This document shows, in pieces, positions 39,366 to 51,737 of a stretch of DNA of 64,000 nt. The position numbers were made by a program, and so were the translations under genes. The notes below the pieces were generated by a model. It did no database searches. It saw nothing but the letters and a program-made list of their open reading frames with translations, and was not told where the DNA came from. Position 1 is the first letter of the stretch, and every line of letters starts with the position of its first letter. Location: NCBI GenBank assembly GCA_047495785.1, contig JBLDXI010000013.1, forward strand, positions 62,001-126,000, written 5' to 3'. This DNA comes from Lepidodermella squamata (taxonomy: Eukaryota; Animalia; Gastrotricha).

Positions 39366-41359
39366 GCAATGTCGCATTAACCAGAGTAACAATAATTCAG
39401 TGCTGTAATTTTGGTGCCTCAAATGAAAATATAACTCTAGTGAAATCTTTCCGAATTGTTGCAGATTGTGATTTGATATTGTTGTTAGTATTTGTCCATA
39501 AGTCAATAAATAATGATAGCGAGAAAGTGGATATTCAGTAATTTTGTTATTTATTTGTTTGTAAGACCCTCATTCGATACACTGTGAACCGGTGCAAGTT
39601 GACAGAGAGCGACCGTTAGTTGCTTCTCACAACAACATTATTTGAAATTTCAAGCGCCGTTTTGGTCCTTGCGCGGACTATCATCAGGCTATGACAAAAA
39701 CACAACAAGAATTAGTACATTGAAAGGACGAAATCACAATAAAGTATTGGATAAACAGCAGTCAAAATTGTTTCAATTTTATTGAATCGGACTGCACGTT
39801 GAGACTCACTGCTATATCTTGGTCTTCTTGATGAGCAGGCTCTCATGCTCCTGTTGTGACATTTGTGACATGAAAATCCGCACACTTCATTTACAAATCA
39901 AACCGCGTCGCGTTGGGTTTAGGAGCTGCTGCTTCATGATTTCTTACAAATAATATATAAAACTGGTTGGCTCCCATAGGTAGCGTTCACATTAGGGCGA
40001 GATGAAATTGGTGTGAATTTGTGAATTTCAGCCATTCGATGAATTATTTTATTTTATTATTTTATTAATTTCAAATTTGAAGTCGCTGGACAGCCATAGG
40101 GACGAGCAATTTTTAGATTTTGATCGCATATAATCTCGTCAATTATTCGATAAGATTTAGAGCCTCAAGTTTTGAAGTCCAAAATTACCCTCCTATATGG
40201 TATCTATACCCTCAGAACTCCATTAGCGGTTATACTAGAAATAAAATAAAATTATAGAGAATATTAAAACACGTGGCTGATCCAGCACATGCATTGCTTT
40301 ATTTGAGACATTGTTTGCGCCATGGAGCTTCAATAAATTTCGCCATCGGATAACGCTACAAAGTTCAATATCTCGTGCACATGATCGCAATTCGATTAAT
40401 TTTACTTTTACAATATTTTGATATTAGGACACACCATTTCACAACACAGCTTTCATTTCTCAACCTTTCAGAGTAATTTATCGAAGAGATTTTCCGAAAT
40501 TTTTGGACTACTCACATCCCAGGCTTCTGCAATTGATAAAAGAAGTCTATAAATGTTAACATACCACGAAATGAAAAAATTGTTTTCGCATTTTAGAGTG
40601 ACCACTGTTCACAACACTTTGCACCATGGAAGTACAGCACAACGTGAAAGAGGATGAAATGAACAAACAACTGCAAGTACGTTCACAAAGAAGAGAGGTG
40701 ACAATCGTTAGAAAATGATTCTCCAATCATCATACATTAATATAAAATTCTATCATGATAACATACGATGGCAACGCAAAGAATTCAGTTGGCGTACAAT
40801 CGATGTTGTGGGCTGCAGTTGAAAGAATCCGCGCCCCTATTTGCTCAGCGAGGCGAGGACAAGAGCGAACAAAATATACAGATCTTCGCCTAGATAGCAA
40901 GAAAACAGCAGATATTTAAACGCAAGATAATTTTAGCTTAAATAAGCAACACATTAAAGCGTGAATGTTATTAGCGTACGATATTAGTCGAAAATAAATG
41001 TAAGGAGAATAAAACGTCGATGATAAGTCACTTCGTTGTCGTTTCTAATCCACAGCTTTTAGCTTCAAAATAAACAAGAAAAAATACCCATAACCGCTAT
41101 TAACACAATCACCCGGTAATAGCACACGAACAACGTGTTGACGCGTGATGGTCCCGTCAAGCCGAGAGGACACACTTATGACAATATTTTTAGAATGTTA
41201 GCTGTCCATGATCATTGAGTCGATTAATATGATCAGAGAGGTTAAAATGGAATTGTATTCAACGACAAATAATAACACAGTCAACGAGACATTTCGCCAC
41301 AATTGTAATGAAATGAAATGCAGCATTATAAATAATATGACAAGGTTGCGAATAGATTA

Positions 41360-44300
41360 CTATCGGTTTTTGATGTCAGTTCTGACGCGCTTCGTCACGC
41401 GGCCGCAAACGCAGCCGACGAGGATGGAAACAAGCACTGCGACGACTAGAAGCACGACAACGGTGGTGCGAAGCGGCGAGTCGTTGACAATGTTAACAAC
41501 GTCGACGAGTTTCTCTGGCGGCGCCTGGCGAGCCGCGAAGCCCCACATCTCGCGGCGCAACTCCACCATCTCCTTGCAGCGCGGCGAAACTGGCACATTG
41601 TTGTCGACTTGGCTCAACAGACAGCCCATGATACGGCCACGGCCAGGCGGGCCTGCACACAGACGCGCAATGTCGCCCTGGCAGGCACCGAATACTTCGC
41701 CGTCGGTCTGCACGTCGGCCTTCGCTTCATCGAGCAACCGGGCCACTTGGTAGGTGCATTCGTGGCTCATCACTTTGTGATTGGGTAGTTCGCGGAACGA
41801 CTCCCAGAAAGTGCGACGCAGGCACTCTTCCACTTGAGATTCACTAACCAGCGAGCAGTACGCGTCGATCTAGAGACAGAAAAAACATATACATTTCCAA
41901 CTCTAGCTTCAACTCTTAGGCACCACGATGGAACTTTTTTTTTTAAATAAGTCTACCTCCAATTAGCATTTCCCACTTATAGTACTGTATTTAAGTGCAC
42001 AAAACTTGAGTCTTTGTGACTAATACTCACCTCTTTCTTGCAATTCTTCGCCAGCAGTAAGTCCTGTTTGTAGTTGGTGCGTGACTGGCGAATGAAGCGC
42101 TGAATCTCTCGAGCGCAGTCCTCATTCAGTTGAGCAGATTCGTTGGCATAAGTGCGGCGCAGGCAATTGAGCGCCTTTCCATCGCCGACGTCACCCGAAT
42201 CGAGCAGAGTCGAGAATGGATTTGGCATGTATTTGTGACAATGTTTCATAAGGTCCGTAGAACAGCGCATTAGAAGATTCGGGTTGAGTCGTATGTCTTT
42301 TCCTTTAGTTTCTTGCGCACGCATCACCAACTGCCGGCACTGGTTGTCGAAATCGCTGTTAGCTGCCATTGACTCGATCAAACAGTCGATCATTTCGTGA
42401 GGCTGAACTTGATTGCAGAAACGCGTCATCATTCGCTCACAGCGCGATCGGAGTGCTATGTTGATGCCCTGGATCGCTTCCATCTGAATTCGCTGGAATA
42501 CAATACCCTTGCAGTCGTGCGACAAACTGTCCCAGTTCTCCTTGAGACAATCGAATGTGCGCTTCTTATCGTTCGCGCAGCGTGACTGAATGATGGCACC
42601 GCAAGCCGTTGTCAACTCAGGGTCCAGCTGTACGTTGTCCATCTCCGCGAAAAATTCAAAACGAACTCGCTCCCGGCATTGTTCCGAAATCCGGAAATTG
42701 CCACGGTTCATCAACGTATCGTTGCGAATAATTTCGCTAAGGCACCACAGGACTTCGTGCGGATGATGTTTATTTCGGCAGTAACGAGTCGCGTCTTTCT
42801 GACAAGCCTGTGCGAATTTAGGATTCAGCTCGATGCTGTCGATTTGCAAAATCTGATGGTGTTCGATAGCAACTGTGAACAGGTGAAAAGCAAAATTGAA
42901 CCTTCAAGTAATTATTTCATCACAGTTAGTTTACCTGCGCAAACTTCGGACATTTCCGCGTGATCCTTGTTTTTGACGAGACAGTCCAGAACGCCCATTG
43001 CGGCGTCGGATTCGCCGTTTTCAGCAGCATCAAGCTCACTTGAACAGAAATGCTCCATCATCGGGTGGCAAGCCTTGTGCAGTACTTCGTCAATGCGCAA
43101 ATCAAGTGCCTCAGCGCCTTTCATGATGTCACGTAGAGCGCCCTGGCAATCAATCGACAGTTTAGAGTAGTTCTCCTCCAAGCATTTCATCTCCTCGCCG
43201 TTATCCGTTTTGTGGCTGCAGTGTTGCGCCAAATCGGCCATGCATTTGTCTTCGATCTCGGGCAGCAGCGAAACGTCGATTGCTCGTTGACGCATAACTC
43301 GGCTAATGGACTGAACGCATCCCTTCGGGAAATCGGCGTAATCGCCCTGGAAACGTGCACGAACAGCTGAAACGGCGTTGTTGTACAAACACGAGAGCAC
43401 AATTCTCGAGCGAGTCGAAGATTCGTCTTTCTTTGATCCAGCCTCGTGCCATTTGTGATCGGATTTGGCGCCGCATCTCTTTACAGCCTCGGATTTGCAC
43501 TGCTGATACAGAGAAGTATCAAGCCGCCAGTTGCGAGAAACGAAATAGTAAAGAGCAAGAACTCGCTCGGAGCAGTCTGGGTAAGCTGAAATGAGGCAAA
43601 TTATGAGTTGAGGATTCCAAATCATTGTTTTTATTTACCTTGAAGAGCAGGAGTTCCCAAGTGTTCCAAAAGACAGCCCAGCACAGCTGATCCAGATTTT
43701 GTAAATTGTTTGCAGTTTTCCTCAATCACAGGGCCGCAAAATTGGACAAGGCTAGGATCGACAGTATAATCATGCTCAATATCTGCATCCTCGAGAATTT
43801 CCTGTAGTTGATCGAGGCAGCTCTCTGAAAATTTAGCCTTCTTGTTGCGCTTCGACTTCTTCGCGTTAGTCATGAGACATTGAAGCGTTGAACCATCGCG
43901 GTCCAAGTTGTTGTTGCAGTAGTTGTATATTTCGTCTTTGCATTGAGAAACAATAGACGGTGAGATTTTAAAGTCCTCCATAATTTGACGCGCAACGCCA
44001 TGAACAGCACCCATGCAATCACGCGAAACAGAGCCCTGCGTTTCACGTTCGGCTGACACCAAGCAATGGATGATATCTGACATGAGAACCTGTGAACGTA
44101 AAATAATGAATAAATATTTTATTACAGCGAGTTAGACGACTAATAAAAAGTTAGAAAAGTAGTTATTCGAAAAACATTACCCAACACCGTATTCGAATGC
44201 AAATAGTAAGAACAACATGTTTACATTTTGATGTTTTACCTCGTTTGAAACGCGCCCATTGTCGCTTGGTGATGGCAGGCACTTGTGTTTCTGAAGGTCA

Positions 44301-45520
44301 ACATTGCATTTGCGCGCAAAGTTCACGTCGATTTTGTAATCCTCCTGGGCCAGTTCTTGCTCGCTGAAAAGCTGGTCTCGGCACTCTTTGCTCATCTTGG
44401 GATTCGTCTTGTGCTCAATGAGACACTGGTAGACACGGCCACGGCCAGCCTTCACTTCGCCACAAAACGTCTCACGATCGGCGCGGCAGGCGTAGTACAA
44501 ATTGCGGTTAAGGTGGAAATCGTCAGCCTGCAATTCTGCCAGCCGAAGAATCTCGCGTTGGCAGTTCTTGTCTTTTATGTCTCGGTAACGCATTCTCAAG
44601 CAGTTGATAGTCTCGTCTTGGCTTGTAAGCCGATGTGTGTCTTGAGACGACTGAAGGCTGTGGCCACAAGAGAACTCCGAGATAGCGCTTTTACAATGCG
44701 TCAAAAAGTGTTCGATCAGCCGATAATCACTGAAGACAATCGAAGTCAACCGAACAAGCAAGGTGTTGCAATTCTTGAACTTATCAGCGGCCTGTTTACC
44801 GGTGATCTGTGGCTCAAGATCACGGACGGCGTCGCGGTGTTCGACTAGACACGACAAGAGCCTGCCAGTATGGTCGACGACGTCTTTGCATTGCGGCAAC
44901 AAATCAATGACCTCACTACACTGCGATTTGACAGTATCATGTACAGCCTCATCGGTCGTTAGATGGTTTTTGATATCCCAGATCGCATTGTGGCACTCGG
45001 GGCTGAGGAGCTCTTCCGTCTCCTCCGTCAGGTAATTCTGCAGACAATCCAGAATCAAAATGTTGCTACTTAAAACAGTCTTAGGACAAATATTCTTCTT
45101 GTTGACAATCGTGTCCAGGTCTTGCTTACAGCGCGGATCCGACGCTAGAGTTTGCATCGTATTCGACTTGGGTGGCTGCTGTTGCATGTTCTGCTGATGC
45201 TCTGCATCTTCGGGTGCTTCTTCGTCAATTTTCTTCACGGGTGAACGCTCTTTCAACACATGCGCCTCGGTTGTCGTCTTCTCGGTAAATTTCGTTGTTT
45301 TCTCATCTTCCGCGTGATCGGGCCCTTGAGGCGGTGCAGGCTTCAGGCCAACTGGTTGTTGAACATTATGCATGTCAACGTTATTTGCAACCTTCACCGG
45401 TGGCTCGACATGGGGACCAGGTTTTGGCTTATCTTGATCACCGCCATTTACAGGTGCTGTTGTCACCAGTTCGCTTATCGCCCCCAGGCTTAGTAAAGTC
45501 AGTATTACAAAAAATTTCAT
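41360..45520 (-). CDS. GLG1: Golgi glycoprotein 1 (MG-160/ESL-1/cysteine-rich FGF receptor)
   Basis: Exons are 45520-44240, 44089-43639, 43585-42935, 42872-42031 and 41869-41360. The protein has a signal peptide, many Cys-rich GLG1 repeats (RLAELQADDFHLNRNLYYACRADRETFC, GRGRVYQCL), a TM helix and the tail GRVTKRVRTDIKNR. Confidence 0.96.
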
Positions 45521-45620
45521 CTAAAATGTATTGAAAACATGCAGAATTTAATTAATTCAGGAATGATGCGCCTATTTAGGACTAAATGCAGTGAAACGCG
45601 AATGAGGAACAAGCACGTTT

Positions 45621-46543
45621 TCACATGAAGTCGTCATCAGCCGGTGGTCCGTCACGATTCGAAGTCATGTTCTCCTAAATGAAACAGCGGTTAAAAGTAT
45701 GGCCAAACATAAGACTCAAAAATATACGGGATTAAAGAGACGATCGTAAGACCTGAAATATAATTTCAAATTATTTTCAGCGCAGCTATAGCTTGAAGTC
45801 TCTTACCTAGCTTCTTTCTCCGCCTTCCAAGCTTCCGCTTGTTCCTTTTCTTGTTGCTTCCGCAACCTTTCCGTCTCGCGCTGTTCACGTTCTTTCTTCT
45901 CCTTTGTAGCGTAGAGCTCGTCCATAGACCTCTGCTGCCTTGTTTTCTCTATGCGCTTAACAACGGTCTGGTCCCTGGCTACCGCCTTGAGAGTTTTCAC
46001 GGCCCTCTCGTCAAAGAAAGATACCACACCTGGATCCATCGCTGCCGTTTTTTTCAGATTGTTGCAACGAGTGTAAATGATGTCAACAGTTGGCTACATG
46101 TGCAAACAAGCACGATCGTCACACTGCAAACCGAGGCAACAACAAACGCGTCACCTACCTGTTTGCTGCCTTGAATAGAATTGGCCTTAGTGAGCTGCGC
46201 ACACTCCGCGATGAGTTGAGCAGGAATCTCATCAACATGCGAGACGCCTTTTCCATCGATGCCACCGACTCGCAAATAAATATGCGCTGAGCTTAAATCG
46301 TCGACGTGAAACCACACGTCCCCAGGGAGACATGCCTGCGAATACAGCGAGAATTATTTCACACAATCAGCTCAGGTAGGGGAAAGTTGGAACTGAATAT
46401 TTATTGTGAGCACTTATTATTATAGATAAGGGATGAGCTGACAAAAAACTAACCCCGAATAATTTATCATTGTCGAATTTATCCTCTCCAACGTAGACAT
46501 ATGCTTCTGGTTTAACACAGTCCAGAGTAAAGTAATAAACCAT
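45621..46543 (-). CDS. CCDC25: Coiled-coil domain-containing protein 25 (NFACT RNA-binding domain)
   Basis: MVYYFT...[41 protein letters not shown] and a charged coiled coil. Two small last exons give RSYDRLFNP|[17 protein letters not shown]. Confidence 0.95.
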
Positions 46544-46699
46544 TTTGATACCTATAAAACAAGTTGATGAATCGGTAATCTCAGCTATATAATTAGAGGC
46601 GCATCTTCATCAATTCCAGAAACTGATTCAATCGAAGAAAATATCGTTCATTTTTGCAAGCAATTATTGTTATTATAGTTGATAATCCTTCTCTTTCAA

Positions 46700-47547
46700 C
46701 TACTCTGACACTCCATCTTTCAACTGAATCAGTTTCTGATCAATAGCGGCCACGATGATTTCTCTAAGTTGATATTTGTAAGCGTCTAACAGAGATGCGC
46801 CCTCCTCATGAATATGATAGTCGGGCACATGAACAAAGAGTGACCATCCATCCATTTCCTTCATAGAAAGATAGTAGCAATATTCGCAAAGATATTGCCC
46901 AGCATCGGTCGATTCTACAGCTGCCTCTGAATTGCAAGTTTCCGATTGCATCATGGAGCAAACCTTCTTGACGTTTATTTTAGTCCAGAGCTCAGCTTGA
47001 AATTTGTATTTATCAAGATCTCAAGTGGTGACTAAATAAGCATTATGGATAAACCTGCATGAAGAGGCGAGTCAGCGCAGCTGAATTTTGAGTCCGCAGG
47101 AAAACAACCATCAACATCCGCTGCAAAAACAGCTCGCTAAGTTTTCGACAGAGCAAAACGCATTGCTATTCAATAGCTAACCTTTATCATATCCAAAGCA
47201 TCGAGCTCTTTTTTCCAGAGTTAAGCAGGCAGCCTTGAAAAGTTTCGCGCGACTAATTTAAAAACTCAAATCTGATAACAGTTTAAATAACGCACTTGAC
47301 GGGATACTCCGCAATGAATAGCGACAAATGGTTGGAATTCAGCATTCATCTTAGGGACCAAATTATCAACACGGCTATAGGACACTGGCAGTTGACGAGC
47401 GATAATTTTAATTTGGTGATTTTTATAGTCAAATTGATTCCATTCACTGCAAACTTTTTCAACCAACTCCCAAGACGGATTAGAATTGTAATGTCTGAAT
47501 GGTCCAAAACCAGTCAGCAGCACGAAAAGGTCTGAATTTGCTGCCAT
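46700..47547 (-). CDS. PGPEP1: Pyroglutamyl-peptidase I (peptidase C15)
   Basis: VLLTGFGPF...NPSW, LPVSY and HCGV, with catalytic Glu (LEKRA), Cys (DAGQYLCEYCYY) and His (FVHVP). Short introns. Confidence 0.93.
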
Positions 47548-48909
47548 AAATTAGTATAAAATATATAAATGTGGCACCTGACTAGGTGATGCGATTGATG
47601 TCTACCAGGACGATGGGCAATCATTGAGATAACAAATATGAATGAAGATACGTCGGGTGATGAGCAAGCAAGAAAAAAGAAAAAAAAATATTGCAATATC
47701 AAGACAGTTCGAGGGATTATTTACGCAACAATGAGCACGGAGCAGCACTCCCACAATGTTGTCGAAAGATTAATCATATGAGGAAAGCGAAAGTTATCTT
47801 GTTTCGAGCACTCGACGTTTGATTTACATAATTTATCCATGCTCCCACTAACACTACCATCATGACTGAGTGTGATCGGGGCGTGACAAGCCTTACACGT
47901 AACAAGTAAAAAGGCTACCGCTCGAAAAATTGAGACTTTAAGAATAAAACAAGGTTAACGGCGAGCGTACCAGAGTCCCAAAATCCTAAAAGCTAGGAAG
48001 TTTCAATTCCGCACGCGAGAATTACTGATGCCAGTCGAAAATGCAAGAAAAGAAAAAACAACCGGCACTATAAGGTGACCCCTCCCCGAAAAAGGCTCAC
48101 CTTCGTCCACACTTGCCCCCCATTTTCCAGAAATAATATGTATAATGCATAATTAGAAGTTCTTGTGAAAAACTGCATTATTCAAGAAATTTTTGAATCA
48201 ATCAGAAAGTAAAAGTATTTAGTGTGATAAATTAATGAAATTGTGCCGCCAATATTATTCGAATTCGAATTGGCAATTGGTTTCGCTTTTCATCTTGCTT
48301 TGGCTTACTTAAATTGTGTAAAGTAACGAAGGGGACGAATTGTATTCGAGGCAGAGACCATGGGTGTTGAGGGTACCAATGGTGAAGAAGTCACGACGCC
48401 TCTTGCTTACCGAAGTGTCAAAATTATCAAGTCGATGCCCAAGTCGGGTGACTGGCTTATCCATCCATAAGCCTGGCTAATTATAAAGTCACTCACGCGA
48501 AAGTCACAGTCACCAATACGTTGATTTTTATATCTTTATTTCTCTATTTCTTTACTAGATGTGGTAGGCCATACTATGGCTGATGTGATGCAACTTTCGG
48601 TTTCGATCTTTGACATGAATGCGCCCGCTACCACTACTTGAACGTGAGGGCGTGAACGTGGCTGGCCATACTATTCTAATGGTCGGAATGCTTATGTCGT
48701 TAGGTTGCCCGCGGCGCCGGCTTAGTCAGTACCATACCCTAAATCGTGGTAATTGATGGGAGCCACGTATGGCTGCCTCAAAATCAGCGCAATAGGCTAT
48801 GACTTCTAATTCAGAACCGGCGGCCATTCTCGACCACTTTTTCCAATTCCTCGCCAAAGAATTACACGGCGCCTACACTGACGAGAGAAGTTCGTGCCTC
48901 CGCGTTGAA

Positions 48910-49090
48910 GAATGGATCGATAGATGGATATTAGACCCTGACACCAATTCTGGTGATTTACCAGGGCGTGGGTTGATAATTTAATAATAAGTACCTGTCA
49001 CCGATAATTCAGTGTTAGGCGCAAGGTGACACTATAGAATACAAAAATGAATTATAAAATAGAACTATGATCTATTCGGTCCATTCAGAC
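48910..49090 (-). repeat. Second copy of the 25930-26108 retroelement 3' end
   Basis: Reverse-complement match including TAAATCACCAGAATTGGTGTCAGGGTCTAA and a degenerate ATCC tail. Confidence 0.85.
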
Positions 49091-49795
49091 AATTTGTCTG
49101 ATCGTTTTAGCAATTTGTTGCCGCTTTTCTATAGTGAATATTCGCAAGATTCCGCGAATTACCAACTGAGCTTTTGATTATCTCTCGACTAGCTCAGTAA
49201 TGCTCAAACCTCGATTTCCCAGAGAGCGGCTAGCGGCCAGAGAGCCTCGTATTGCTGGCGGCAGATGTCTTCCTCTATTCCCTGCATTGCGTGCGGCCGG
49301 ACGCTCTTTCGGAGGCATTAGGGTCCAAAATGTCGTCAGATTTTTCAGAAAAGTTGGCCTCCGAATAATGAATAGCCAAATTTCTTGAAAATGTTCTCCC
49401 TTCACTGATATAATTGGATCAAATTACATTTAATTTTTGGCGAATGCAACATCGAGCTTTCACTTCAAAGCAAGGTAACCCTAAAAACCACCCCCAAACC
49501 GTCGTCCGCTTAACCCTTTCAACGCCGGAGGTATTTTCGGCCGAGTTCTACTATTTTCAAATAGTACGAGCCGCCGCGCGATTAAAATTCGAATTTCGAC
49601 TCTCACCGCTATTTACTTATCCTTTGTGTAAACACGTAATTAGTACGTAACGCGTGATTTTCACGCGCAAAAATGAGTTGCAACAATGGGTTTCGCGTGC
49701 GTTGCGTAAGAGCGTTTCGGCTATATCCAACCACCATTGGGCCAATTTATCAATCTGCAATTTTAAGGATCCAAATATTTGCACCACTAAAAATG

Positions 49796-50200
49796 AGGTT
49801 CCATCACTAAAGCGTCCTGGCGCTACATTATTCATATTCTTTGAGATTTCGGCGTTTTCGGTTTATGATCGATACTGAAGCCCTCGCTGAACCTAGGTGT
49901 TTTGTTTTAGCTACCTGGCGCCCTAAGCTACGTAGAAAAATTATCGATGTTGGGTTCCACGACGGCTGATATCCGAAAAATCACGGATTTGTAAAATCGA
50001 TACTTGGAATCGATATCGGCTCTGCAGGCTAAAGTCTGACTCATAAGCTGACCGCTCATAGCGCAAAATACGCGTAATATGAAGATCTATTGGTTAGACA
50101 TGATAACAAAAAACTGAGATTCCAGAGAAGAAATGAAATTGGGAAAAGCAGGGAAATTTAAGGGAAATTTAGTGCTGCAACCTTAAATTTAGGGTGCGCA
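49796..50200. repeat. Dispersed repeat related to 9878-10350
   Basis: Shares the GAGGTTCCA.CACTAAA start and the AGCGCAAAAT...AGATCTAT...TGAGATTC...TAGTGCTGCA block. Confidence 0.6.
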
Positions 50201-51339
50201 CTTGGCACACCCCAATTTTAATATTCAATACATGCGATTAAATCTAACATTTTCTGAGATAGGAGACATTTATAAAATTACAGCGATCGCTCACGGCCGA
50301 GACACCGATATCCAATAAGGCTTTGGAGAAGATGGACAAAGTAAAATGAGATTAAGGCCATTCATAGATAAAAATACATCCTTGCATTCGTACTATTTAA
50401 TCATAAAGCACAAAACAGTCAACACAAAAAGAGTCAACGTATTATGCAATCGAAATCAAAATTATAGATTTTTAACGTTTATGTGCTTGCTATCTCATCA
50501 GGTATTGTCAACGATGTATCTATATCTATCTGGAGGAAAACAGCGTCTCGCTAAAGCCGCAACAACATGACGGTACAGCAGAATTTCATTTGATATGTTG
50601 TAATCTGTGCTGCATAGTCTTCTAGAGATTGTATCATCTTGAGTACCAATGGCTTACAAAGGTAAACTAATGGTATATACTGCGTCATATAGTGTCGTGG
50701 GTACGGTTTTGATTGTTGCATGCCTACTATCTGGATATTCAGTGTTGCTCCCATGTTAATTACATGAGTCTCATTCAATGGAATCTCAAAAATGCAAGTA
50801 ATTTTGCATAAATACGTAATAGGGCTTCCGCTCATAACACCCTATTGGCTGCCGTATTTTAAAGCATCTAAATTGGTTATTGGTTATATTTTGCACGTTC
50901 AATCAGTATAATCTTCATAAAGAATTTTTCTTCAGAATGGTATGGGCCATCGGGTTTCTGAACCGGCCTTGGCCAAGGCTATGAATAAGAAAAAACTTGA
51001 ATAGTTATTACTTTTTAATAGAAATTTACTTACAGGAAACTTATTGCCCGGTGTCTCATTTTTATTTCGGGGTGATGTAAGACATTTGCTTGATCAATGA
51101 CGACGTCAGGCGGATAAAAACCTTTTTTTCTCTAATCAAAGCTGCTTTTCGAAAATGAGAGTTCTGGCATAAGCACTCTATTGCCGTACATTTTAGACTG
51201 ACTTATAGGATGTTTTGTGATGTTTACACTCAGGCAATTCAAGTTTTAATTCAAGCAAGTTGTATCATTCGGCTCCGGTAAAATTCCGGTCATTCTAACG
51301 TTTTCTCTTCTCAAAGACCAGCCTCCTATTTGATTTCAG

Positions 51340-51737
51340 GAAGTAGTTTATTGTTAAAACAATGATCCGACTGATACTAAGTAACAGTTTGCCTATAGAC
51401 ACGGGTATTTACATTTAATTCTTTCTGTACAAATGATTATTTATGATTTTGCATGAGTCTTTTATCGTTGAAATGACGATGTCGCACATGAGTGACTGCG
51501 GTAGTTCGAGACGTTTTGCGAAGTCGCGGAAGAACTTGGTGATGGTACCACGGGCTCCAACGAAGAGACCGATTACTTCGAGGGAAGTTAGATTGTATCT
51601 TTCCTTGAAGTATTCTGCGCAAGGCTCGTAGTGTGCCCGTTTTTCTTTGTCGACTTCCAGGGCTTGATCTGGGCTTTTTTCGAAGCGGATGGTAGGGTCC
51701 AAGATCCACCCTTCTCTCGTGTTTTTATTGAAGGCTG
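51340..51737 (-). mobile_element. 5'-truncated R2/NeSL-group non-LTR retrotransposon fragment (restriction-like endonuclease C-terminus)
   Basis: The frame is open: GWILDPTIRFE...EVDKEKRAHYEP...EVIGLFVGARGTI...IINNHLY*. A short 3' UTR with AATAAA follows. Confidence 0.8.

Noticed and set aside
41354-41362. Stop-codon readthrough of GLG1
   Set aside because: TAG is followed immediately by TAA.
49425-49445. AATTTTTGG Sm-site-like motif (possible SL RNA or snRNA)
   Set aside because: I could not identify an upstream leader with a GGTA donor or flanking stem-loops, and the motif is common in AT-rich DNA.
50551-50835. 94-aa minus-strand ORF
   Set aside because: No motif or splice support, and neighbouring frames have stops. 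Left unassigned.
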